Shown here one piece after another: positions 44,255-51,703 of a DNA stretch of 64,000 nucleotides. The notes below the pieces were generated by a model. That model saw only the letters and a program-made list of their open reading frames with translations. It was not told where the DNA came from and did not search any database. A program made the translations under genes and the position numbers. This DNA is from an uncultured Acidimicrobiaceae bacterium (GTDB lineage: Bacteria; Actinomycetota; Acidimicrobiia; Acidimicrobiales; RAAP-2). Position 1 is the stretch's first letter. Every line of letters starts with the position of its first letter. Location of the stretch: positions 67,504 to 131,503 of the forward strand of contig CAVULV010000003.1 in NCBI GenBank assembly GCA_963742445.1, read 5' to 3'.

Positions 44255-44409
44255 TCACGCCACCCCACGCCTCAGGCCCCGGCGAACCCGTCCCGTCGCC
44301 CCTCCCCCACACCCCACGGTCGACGCCACCTCGAGGGCTGAGGCGAGGCACTCCGCCTTCACCGGACACCCGGGGCAGTAGGCCAGGGCCTCGACGTATC
44401 TAAAAATCA
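44255..44409 (-). pseudogene. WhiB-like gene remnant (C-terminal ~45 aa) truncated by att copy 4
   Basis: 'ALAYCPGCPVKAECLASALEVASTVGCGGGATGRVRRGLRR'. The upstream part is replaced by the tRNA 3'-end repeat. Confidence 0.6.
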
Positions 44410-44452
44410 GTCGGGCTGCCGGGATTTGAACCCGGGAGCTCTTGACCCCCAG
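44410..44452 (-). repeat. tRNA-Pro(GGG) 3'-end copy 4 (att-like)
   Basis: 43-mer with one mismatch (44438 G for C). Confidence 0.85.
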
Positions 44453-44746
44453 GCACTTCTGAGTCCATTTTCGGGTCAATCGCTGATCTGCGAGCTTATG
44501 CAAACTCTCTGTTCGGAGCTCTTATGGTCACACCCAACAGGCGGCTGGCGGTCCAGAGGCTCTATGGTCTTTCGATGAGCGATGCCCCTGGAGCGCTGCG
44601 GACATGTCCGGCGTGCGGTGCGTGAGTCGGACCGTCGTCCTCAGTTCTCGAGGGGCGGAGTTGCTCGTCGTCGACGGGCACGATGCGGTTGTTCTGGTGC
44701 CTCGTCGGTAAACCCACGTCGGAGCGCTGTCGGACGGCCTGATCGA

Positions 44747-47506
44747 ATGAGGCGAGCCCTGATCATTGTGGTGGGTGCGCTGGTCGCAGCCGGACTTCCT
44801 GTCTTCGCTGTTACGGCACATTCGCAACCGGCGGCCGCCGAGACGTCGAGCCCCTACGCGTTGGTCTCGGTGTCCGGGAGCCCCCTCGGTAACGTCAGCG
44901 CAGCCTCCCCCTACGGCTTGAGCCCGGCGTTCTCCCCATCGACCACCGATTACGTTCTCCGCTGCAACGACGGGAGGAACCAGGTTGTGCTCACGCTGAC
45001 CGGGAACGGTGGTCCCGTCTCCGTGGGAACAAATCAGCAGAGCTCGCATGACTCCGGAGCGTCCGTTAACGTGACACTCACCGTGGTCCCGAACCAGGCG
45101 ATTGTGGTGTATGCGCCGAACCCCTCGAACCCCGGGACCACCCCAGACCAGTACTGGATCCGCTGTCTGCCCCCCAATTTCCCCGCGATACAGGTGAACA
45201 AGGCCGGACCCTCGTCCCCCGGCTGGACCCCGGGCTACTACTTCACGGGGACCTTTCCGTTGGGCCAACAACCCTATGCCATGGTGCTCGACGGGAACGG
45301 CATCCCCGTGTGGTTCCAGGGCATCGCGTCGAACCTCGGCGCTGCCTTCAACGTGGAGCCCCTCCCCAACAACACCATTGCCTGGTCGCCCAGTCTCGGC
45401 CCCGGGATTGGTGCGGGGGACAACGGGAATGCGTACACCGGATTCGACCTGGCGACCCAGAGCACCATCGACCCGCTCCCTGCCGCGGTGTCGCCGACAG
45501 ACGAACACGAACTCTGGCCACTGCCCAACGGGGACCGGCTGATGATCTCGTCGCCCGTCGTCTCGAGTGTCGACCTGTCGACCCTCGGGGACGGCATGCT
45601 CTCCTCCGGAAGCACAACTCCTTCGTCTGCGGCGGACGGCAACGCCGTCGACTGCGTGGTGCAGGAGGTGAACCCGGACAACCAGGCCGTCTGGTCCTGG
45701 GACGCCTCGCAACACATCGGGGTCGGCGAGGTCAACACAGTGAGCAATCCCGGCCCTCCCTGGATCCTCGACACCCTGAACGGAAGCCCGGCGGCCGATA
45801 TCTACCACTGCAACTCCGTGTCCATGGACGAGGACACCGCGAGTCCATACCACGGGGACGTCCTGGTCTCCATGCGGCACCTCAACGCTGTCTTCCTCAT
45901 CGACCCGTCCTCGGGCGACGTGATCTGGAAGCTGGGGGGGACACCGCTCACGCCGGGCGATCCCGAGGAGGGACAGGGGTCGCCGGCCCAGTACCTCGCC
46001 ATCACGGGTGACGGCGAGTCCGGTATCTGCGGTCAGCACGACGCGCGGTTCGTCGCGACGCCCGACCCGGCGGTCGAGGACGTGAGCGTGTTCGACGACC
46101 ACTCCAAATGCCTCGGCCCCGCCCGCGGGATTGAGTTCGCCGTGGACACCGCCGCAGGCACCGCCACTCCCGACTACCAGTACGCGCAGCCCCAGGGGCA
46201 ATCAGTGTCGGCCATGGGCAGCTTTCGCCGGATGCCCGACGCCAATAATGACATCGGTTCCGGCAGCAGCCTGACCGACTGGGGCCTCACCAGCGGAACG
46301 AACCTGTCCGGCTTCACCGAAGTCGACAGCGGCGGCAACATCCTGGTCGACGTCACCTTCCCGTCCCTCGAGTACCTGTACCGGGCGATCAAGGTCGATG
46401 CGAGTCAAGTCAATCTGCCCTTGCTCAGGCAGACAGCCGGTTGGACGGGTGCGACGATCCCTCCTCCGCCTTCAATGCCGCAGGTGACGGGCGTGAGCCC
46501 TTCGAGCGGGCTCACGGAAGGTGGGACCTCGGTAACCATCACCGGATCGGGATTCGTCGGCGCCAGCTCCGTGACGTTCGGAGGTCACCAAGCGGCGTTT
46601 GGCGTCACGGCGACAGGCACCATCGTGGCCACCGCCCCTGGGGGCGTGGGAGGCGCCGTCGACGTGGTCGTGACCGCCCCCGGTGGGACGTCTGCGCCGC
46701 GCGCTGCAGACCAGTTCACCTACGCCGACCAGTTCACCTACGTTGCGCCGTCACCACCCGAAATCGTGGGCACGGCCCCCACCCCTGACGGCGGGGGCTA
46801 CTGGCTGGTGGCCTCCGACGGGCGGGTCTTCCCCTTCGGCGACGCCGGGTTCTACGGATCGGCCAGCAATCAGGCGCTCAACGCACCCATCGTCGGGATG
46901 GTGCCCACCCCCAGCGGCAACGGCTACTGGCTGGTGGCCTCCGACGGTGGGATCTTCAACTACGGGGACGCCAGGTTCTTCGGCTCACGCGGCGGTCAGC
47001 CGCTCAACAAGCCGGTGGTCGGGATCGCCGCCTCGACCGACGGTGGGGGCTACTGGCTGGTGGCCTCCGACGGTGGGATCTTCAACTACGGGGACGCCAG
47101 GTTCTTCGGCTCACGCGGCGGTCAGCCGCTCAACAAGCCGGTGGTCGGGATCGCCGCCTCGACCGACGGTGGGGGCTACTGGCTGGTGGCCTCCGACGGT
47201 GGGATCTTCAACTACGGGGACGCCAGGTTCTTCGGCTCACGCGGCGGTCAGCCGCTCAACAAGCCGGTGGTCGGGATCGCCGCCTCGACCGACGGTGGGG
47301 GCTACTGGCTGGTGGCCTCCGACGGTGGGATCTTCAACTACGGGGACGCCAGGTTCTTCGGCTCACGCGGCGGTCAGCCGCTCAACAAGCCGGTGGTCGG
47401 GATCGCCGCCTCGACCGACGGTGGGGGCTACTGGCTGGTGGCCTCCGACGGTGGGATCTTCAACTACGGCAGTTCCGACTTCGAGGGGTCGGTCATGGGC
47501 GGCTGA
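44747..47506 (+). CDS. Secreted protein: arylsulfotransferase (ASST)-like beta-propeller region, one IPT/TIG domain and six '[24 protein letters not shown]' repeats
   Basis: Intact ORF. Signal peptide 'MRRALIIVVGALVAAGLPVFAVTAHS'. ASST-like 'DIYHCNSVSMD..GDVLVSMRHLNAVFLIDPSSGDVIWKLGG..GQHDARF'. IPT 'VTGVSPSSGLTEGGTSVTITGSGF'. Repeats at the C-terminus. Confidence 0.75.
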   Translation: MRRALIIVVGALVAAGLPVFAVTAHSQPAAAETSSPYALVSVSGSPLGNVSAASPYGLSPAFSPSTTDYVLRCNDGRNQVVLTLTGNGGPVSVGTNQQSSHDSGASVNVTLTVVPNQAIVVYAPNPSNPGTTPDQYWIRCLPPNFPAIQVNKAGPSSPGWTPGYYFTGTFPLGQQPYAMVLDGNGIPVWFQGIASNLGAAFNVEPLPNNTIAWSPSLGPGIGAGDNGNAYTGFDLATQSTIDPLPAAVSPTDEHELWPLPNGDRLMISSPVVSSVDLSTLGDGMLSSGSTTPSSAADGNAVDCVVQEVNPDNQAVWSWDASQHIGVGEVNTVSNPGPPWILDTLNGSPAADIYHCNSVSMDEDTASPYHGDVLVSMRHLNAVFLIDPSSGDVIWKLGGTPLTPGDPEEGQGSPAQYLAITGDGESGICGQHDARFVATPDPAVEDVSVFDDHSKCLGPARGIEFAVDTAAGTATPDYQYAQPQGQSVSAMGSFRRMPDANNDIGSGSSLTDWGLTSGTNLSGFTEVDSGGNILVDVTFPSLEYLYRAIKVDASQVNLPLLRQTAGWTGATIPPPPSMPQVTGVSPSSGLTEGGTSVTITGSGFVGASSVTFGGHQAAFGVTATGTIVATAPGGVGGAVDVVVTAPGGTSAPRAADQFTYADQFTYVAPSPPEIVGTAPTPDGGGYWLVASDGRVFPFGDAGFYGSASNQALNAPIVGMVPTPSGNGYWLVASDGGIFNYGDARFFGSRGGQPLNKPVVGIAASTDGGGYWLVASDGGIFNYGDARFFGSRGGQPLNKPVVGIAASTDGGGYWLVASDGGIFNYGDARFFGSRGGQPLNKPVVGIAASTDGGGYWLVASDGGIFNYGDARFFGSRGGQPLNKPVVGIAASTDGGGYWLVASDGGIFNYGSSDFEGSVMGG
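46922..47469 (+). repeat. 126-bp in-frame tandem repeat, about 4.3 nucleotide-identical copies (42 aa each)
   Basis: The unit 'GGCTACTGGCTGGTGGCCTCCGACGGTGGGATCTTCAACTACGG..' starts at 46922, 47048, 47174, 47300 and 47426. I saw no differences between units. Confidence 0.9.
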
Positions 47507-47599
47507 CACAAGGCGTACGCCGTCCGCAAACGTGCCCGGCGAGTTGCTCAACCGGCTCTTCGGATTTCAGCGGGGAGCTGACCCGCTGAGCCGCTCAAC

Positions 47600-47765
47600 C
47601 GGCAGCGCTGTTGGACCAACCTCGAGTTGGGCGGGCCATCGCCGGGTACATCGAGCACTTCTGCGACCCGGCCCGGTCACAGCGCCCTCGGGCTACCTGA
47701 CCCGAATGATTTCGAAGACCTACACTCACCCCAACCGGAGGCCACCAGTCGGGGTCAAGCGCATT
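47600..47765 (+). pseudogene. IS3-family transposase (OrfB) 3'-terminal remnant, frameshifted
   Basis: Composite of three frames: 'GRAIAGYIEHFCDPAR / HSALG / YLT..NDFE', matching the conserved OrfB tail 'YIExFYNxxRxHSALGYxxPxxFE'. It abuts att copy 5. Confidence 0.55.
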
Positions 47766-47810
47766 TGGTCGGGCTGCCGGGATTTGAACCCGGGACCTCT
47801 TGACCCCCAG
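47766..47810 (-). repeat. tRNA-Pro(GGG) 3'-end copy 5 (att-like)
   Basis: 45/45 match to 51795-51839, including the encoded CCA. Confidence 0.9.
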
Positions 47811-47990
47811 GCGGGTCTGGGTCGTTGGGTCCTGCTTGGTGTCAGCGGGTTGTGCCAGGTCGACCCAGGTTTCCCCGTTCGTTAGGTTGGGTGGTGTTGG
47901 GGGCAGTTTGGGGACACTTTGCGAAGTTGCGTTGACAAATCCGTTGACACCGCCGATCTGGGCACCGAGGTGGAGGTGTGTCAGCGGTAG

Positions 47991-48299
47991 TCAGAAGGGC
48001 GCCTCGCCGACACCTTGGAGGTGCCCGCTCGCATCGGTGCGCACACCTTGAACGCGGCGACCGTTGTTCACCAGTCGCAGCTCGAACGTTGTGAGCTGGA
48101 GGGTTCGCAGGTCCTCTTCGTTGAGGCCGTCGATGACCCCACCCCACGAGACCCGCCGCTCGATTGTGCCGCCGCGCCCGTCAGGCCTCTCGACCTTTTG
48201 CATCTCCGCGTCCCGGTTGGTGAGCTGCACGTGCACATCGAACCGCCTGCCACCGACCACGATCGTTGCAGCGCCGTTGTAGCTCGGCTCACTCATCAC
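47991..48299 (-). CDS. Hypothetical 102-aa protein, identical copy of 43884-44192
   Basis: The translated ORF is identical in the track. Confidence 0.5.
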   Translation of the reverse strand: MMSEPSYNGAATIVVGGRRFDVHVQLTNRDAEMQKVERPDGRGGTIERRVSWGGVIDGLNEEDLRTLQLTTFELRLVNNGRRVQGVRTDASGHLQGVGEAPF

Positions 48300-48361
48300 C
48301 GTCTGCTCCTTCGCTCACGGCTGTTACGAAGGCACGGTAGGCCAGACGAGCACCCCTCACA

Positions 48362-48699
48362 TCACGCCACCCCACGCCTCAGGCCCCGGCGAACCCGTCC
48401 CGTCGCCCCTCCCCCACACCCCACGGTCGACGCCACCTCGAGGGCTGAGGCGAGGCACTGCGGCCGCACCGAGCAGCTCTCGCAGTAGGCCAGCGCCTGC
48501 TCAGGTGCCAAGTGGGCCGGTTCACAAGGTCGGCCAGGAGTAGCTCCACGTCGGGCGCGTCCTCCGACGCCATTAGCGAGTCGAGCGCGACCTGGCGTGC
48601 CAGCACGCCGGCCCGGGCCTCCTCGAGCTCCGTCAATGTCGGAGGCTGGTCGGGCGTGGGCTCCTCGTCGAGATTCTCCAGCCACTCCAGGACGGTCAC
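48362..48699 (-). pseudogene. WhiB-like gene, frameshifted and lacking the first Cys region
   Basis: 'MTVLEWLENLDEEPTPDQPPTLTELEEARA..LVNRPTWH' (ORF 48379-48699), then in another frame 'PEQALAYCESCSVRPQCLASALEVASTVGCGGG..'. The segment equivalent to 'AACRRAVPELFFPE' in the 40702 copy is absent. Confidence 0.6.
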
Positions 48700-49013
48700 C
48701 GGCTACAACGGTACGGCCGGCATTGACGCGCGGGCAGACCCGACCCCGGCAACGTATCAGGAGGCCTCGGTGCGGGTCACTATCTCAGGTCACCGAGACC
48801 GCCTGCGCAAAGCCGGTCAGGGGGGTGAAGGTGGCCGGCTCAACCCTGTGTTCTCTACCGGGGTTGGGCCGCGCCGGGGGAGCTGTGGCGGTCTACCGTC
48901 ACGCCAATGGATCGGATGCCCCAGCCCGGCGACCCCTAGCCCAGGTCCTTCGTCGCCGTACGGCGTGCACTACTACAGGTCCGCAGTCTTGGAAGGTCAC
49001 GCCGCAGAGGTAG

Positions 49014-49349
49014 CTATGCAGCGCGCCGGAAATCCCTCTTCTCGACCCCCCGGCGCGTGGAACTCGACCCCTCGGGCACGGTCACAGATCGGGCGCCGGC
49101 GGCGACCGCCGCACGGTAGGTGCGCTCAAGCTGAGCCCTGCGGCCTTCCCAGGAGCGTCGGCACCTACGACAAACGATCCGAAGCCAATCGGCGGCGATC
49201 ACGGGATACCCCCAGCGGCACCGGCTCCAACCCAACGCGACTAGGTCGACATCCCCATTCCCGAGTGAACCCGCCAAGGCAAGGCGGGCACCGCAGGAGC
49301 AGCGCACCGTTCGAGGGTCTCGGTATCTGGACCGCCTCCATCGTGCCAT
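49014..49349 (-). CDS. Hypothetical Cys/Arg-rich small protein (weak call)
   Basis: 'MARWRRSRYRDPRTVRCSCGARL..WLRIVCRRCRRSWEGRRAQLERTY' within ORF 49014-49487. No RBS and no family recognised. Confidence 0.2.
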   Translation of the reverse strand: MARWRRSRYRDPRTVRCSCGARLALAGSLGNGDVDLVALGWSRCRWGYPVIAADWLRIVCRRCRRSWEGRRAQLERTYRAAVAAGARSVTVPEGSSSTRRGVEKRDFRRAA

Positions 49350-49376
49350 CGAAACAACATTAGTGTAGTTTCCTCC

Positions 49377-49619
49377 GTGGATAGCGGCATGACGATGCCC
49401 CGCCCCCGTGACGTGTCCCCCGGCTTCATGGCCAAGCCGGGCCGCTGTTGGCGAATGGTCTACAGCCACCAGCTGCAAGCCACGCACTGCACCGAGGTGC
49501 CGTCATGGACGGGCCGGTGGTTCCCGCCGAGAGGTGACCGGTGGTTCCGCGTGTGGGCTTGCGCCGACCACCCCGAGGGACTGACCGGCATGCGGCAGTT
49601 TGGCGGCGTCCGTCGCTAA
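49377..49619 (+). CDS. Hypothetical 80-aa Cys/Trp-rich protein
   Basis: '..GRCWRMVYSHQLQATHCTEVPSWTGRWFPPRGDRWFRVWACADHPEGLTG..'. High third-position G+C supports coding. No family recognised. Confidence 0.35.
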   Translation: MDSGMTMPRPRDVSPGFMAKPGRCWRMVYSHQLQATHCTEVPSWTGRWFPPRGDRWFRVWACADHPEGLTGMRQFGGVRR

Positions 49620-49922
49620 GGATCTGCCGTCCTGGCGCCTATCCCCGTACGAATCAGGCACTTTCGGGCTATCAGTCTCCGATGAGGTTATTGGCGCACC
49701 GTTCCGTCCCCTCTCGTCCCACAGCTCTTTCAGCTCAGTGGGTTCGCGAGGATCTGATAGGAACCCGAACTGGTTGACAGAGCAGGTAGGCTTTGTCGAC
49801 GCCTCATCCTCCTCTTGGTCGGCGACTTCAACCTCGAAGATGGCAGCATCGAGGACCGCGACCGCAGTGTGAGCGGCATCGCATTGTGTGTGCAGCATCT
49901 CGATCTTCTTCGCCGCGTTCAC
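49503..49922 (-). CDS. Hypothetical acidic protein; the 3' part overlaps 49377-49619 and is probably not all coding
   Basis: 'MNAAKKIEMLHTQCDAAHTAVAVLDAAIFEVEVADQEEDE..'. The GTG start lies directly beside the CTGACAG repeat array. Confidence 0.3.
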   Translation of the reverse strand: MNAAKKIEMLHTQCDAAHTAVAVLDAAIFEVEVADQEEDEASTKPTCSVNQFGFLSDPREPTELKELWDERGRNGAPITSSETDSPKVPDSYGDRRQDGRSLATDAAKLPHAGQSLGVVGASPHAEPPVTSRREPPARP

Positions 49923-49990
49923 TGACAGCGTTCACTGACAGCCACTGACAGAGCCACTGACAGACCTGTCAGACCTGTCAGACCTGTCAG
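49920..49990. repeat. Inverted iteron array: 4 x CACTGACAG followed by 3 x ACCTGTCAG
   Basis: CACTGACAG at 49920, 49933, 49943 and 49955. ACCTGTCAG at 49964, 49973 and 49982 (contiguous). CTGACAG and CTGTCAG are reverse complements. Confidence 0.85.
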
Positions 49991-49995
49991 ACCGT

Positions 49996-51703
49996 TGTCA
50001 AGACCCGGTACCCGCTTGACGTTTTGACTCCGGTACCTGCTTGACACCCAAACCCTCAGGCCACATTGGCCTTACGGGGCCGACCCTGGGGAGTAGCGAA
50101 GGCGCCGTGCTCCTTGGAGCGGTCGTGATGGATGGCGTGGACCCTGAGGACCTTGCCCTTGGCCGAGATCTGGACCGAGCCGGCCACGATGGCCACTTCG
50201 ACGACCTGGCGGGCCCAGCTGCGTCCGACCCGATAGCCGGTCCCGGCGAAGGAGACCGAGCCGCCCTGGTCCACCCGGCGGGTGACGGTCATGCCTGAGG
50301 TGGGTGGTCGGGAGCGCCCCGAGCGTGGGGCACGTTGGGGCCGAGATCCTTTGTCCGCTCGGCGTCGCTCGGCGTGGGTGGCGACGAGGACGCCGGCATG
50401 GAGGATCTCGACGAGCCCTGCGCGCACCACGACCTCGACGGATTCCCCCGCGAAGGTCGCCCCCACCCGATAACGGAAACTCCCGAGGCCGATCGAGCCG
50501 CGCTGGTCGACCCAGCGGTTCACGCCGGGTGGTCGTTCACTCAGAGGAACCTCCTCGATGACTTCTGGCATCTCGGGGTCGGCGGGTCGGGCTGGGGCCA
50601 GTGCGAAGCGCTCGGCGGGCGGGCGATCACCCAATGACTGGTGCGGACGCTTCGTGTTGTACTCGCTCACCCACTCGTCGAGGGCGCGCTGGAGCGCCTC
50701 GATGCTCGGATGCACCCAGTCGTGGTCGACCAAGAAGTCCGAGCGCATGGTCTTGTGGAATCTCTCGACCTTGCCTGTCGTGGTCGGCGAATACGGGGCG
50801 GTGAGCAAATGGCGGATCCCGTTGTTGGTGCAGATCCGGTCGAAGAGCACCGGTCCGGGCCCTTGGCCGAAGCGAGCAGTGAAGACCTTGCCATTGTCGG
50901 TGAGGATCTGGTCGGGCACGCCATGGGTGCGCAGCGCCCACTGGAGGGCCTCGCACACCGGTCTGGCTGTCGCCCGGGCAACCACCCGAGCGCAGACGCA
51001 GAACCGTGAGTGGTCATCGACACCGGTGACGACTTTGACCTCGGTGCCGTCGGCAAGATGGAAGCGGCCGACGATGTCCATCTGCCACAGCTCCATGGAG
51101 CGAGACCGCTCCCATCGCTTGTAGTCAGAGCGGGCGCGCTTGCGTGGGGTGGGCTCGAGCAGGTGGTGACGAACCAAGGTGCGATAGATGGACGAGCGTC
51201 CGGGCACCGGAGTGAAGCCGTCTTTGGCGAGTTCGGTGCGGATGGAGCGTGGTCCCCAGCGCGGGTGCGCCCGGCGCAGCTCGACCACCCTGGCCTCGAT
51301 GACCGGGGCCATCTGGTGCGGACAGCGCTCGGGCCTCGAGCTCTTGTCGGCCAGGGCGGCCATGCCGCCGTTGGCATAGCGGCGCAGCCACGTGTGGACG
51401 CTCTGGCGGCTCACCCCGTTGCGCTGGGCCACGTCGGTCACGCTCATCCCGTCGAGGACGTCGATCACCGCTCGATAGCGCTGTTCCACCAGCTTGAGCT
51501 CCACCAACACGGTCGGCCTCCTTCGCATCCGTCGACAGCTGCGTCAACAGCGAAGAAGGTGGCAACCGCCACGCGGTGGACCCTCCAGGCACGAAGTGTC
51601 AAGCAGGTACCGGAGCCAGTGTCGCCCAGGTACCGGAGCCGCGTCCGAAAGTGTCAGGCAGGAACCGGAGCCACGCCGTCAAGCATGAACCGGAATTCAC
51701 ACA
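49996..51703 (-). mobile_element. IS481-like insertion sequence (1,708 bp) with TGT-ended imperfect ~25-bp IRs and a 14-bp flanking direct repeat
   Basis: IRL 'TGTCAAGACCCGGTACCCGCTTGAC' (49996-50020). IRR reverse complement 'TGTGTGAATTCCGGTTCATGCTTGAC' (51678-51703). Flanking 'ACCTGTCAGACCGT' at 49982-49995 and 51704-51717. Inner exact inverted repeat GGTACCTGCTTGACAC (50032-50047 / 51597-51612). Confidence 0.75.
50056..51528 (-). CDS. DDE transposase (HTH, rve integrase-core, Mu-transposase-C-like tail)
   Basis: Intact 490-aa ORF: 'WQMDIV..GVDDHSRF' (D), 'ILTDNGKVFT' (D), 'PYSPTTTGKVERFH' (E) and N-terminal HTH 'MSVTDVAQRNGVSRQSVHTWLRRY'. Confidence 0.85.
   Translation of the reverse strand: MRRRPTVLVELKLVEQRYRAVIDVLDGMSVTDVAQRNGVSRQSVHTWLRRYANGGMAALADKSSRPERCPHQMAPVIEARVVELRRAHPRWGPRSIRTELAKDGFTPVPGRSSIYRTLVRHHLLEPTPRKRARSDYKRWERSRSMELWQMDIVGRFHLADGTEVKVVTGVDDHSRFCVCARVVARATARPVCEALQWALRTHGVPDQILTDNGKVFTARFGQGPGPVLFDRICTNNGIRHLLTAPYSPTTTGKVERFHKTMRSDFLVDHDWVHPSIEALQRALDEWVSEYNTKRPHQSLGDRPPAERFALAPARPADPEMPEVIEEVPLSERPPGVNRWVDQRGSIGLGSFRYRVGATFAGESVEVVVRAGLVEILHAGVLVATHAERRRADKGSRPQRAPRSGRSRPPTSGMTVTRRVDQGGSVSFAGTGYRVGRSWARQVVEVAIVAGSVQISAKGKVLRVHAIHHDRSKEHGAFATPQGRPRKANVA

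Larger units (their letters stand above)
43641..44352. repeat. Duplicated module, copy 1 (att core, flank, 102-aa ORF, 3' part of a whiB-like gene)
   Basis: Identical by eye to 47768-48459 except one substitution (43733 G/A) and a 20-bp tandem duplication (43751-43790, 'TTCGTTAGGTTGGGTGGTGT' x2). Confidence 0.85.
47766..48459. repeat. Duplicated module, copy 2
   Basis: See 43641-44352. Identity ends inside the whiB-like gene, within the codons for 'CLASALEV'. Confidence 0.85.

Noticed and set aside
46922-47469. Regular direct repeats that could be mistaken for a CRISPR array. The same applies to the 9-bp arrays at 49920-49990.
   Set aside because: The 126-bp units are contiguous with no spacers, in frame and coding for protein repeats. 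The 9-mers are far too short. No cas genes are in the window.
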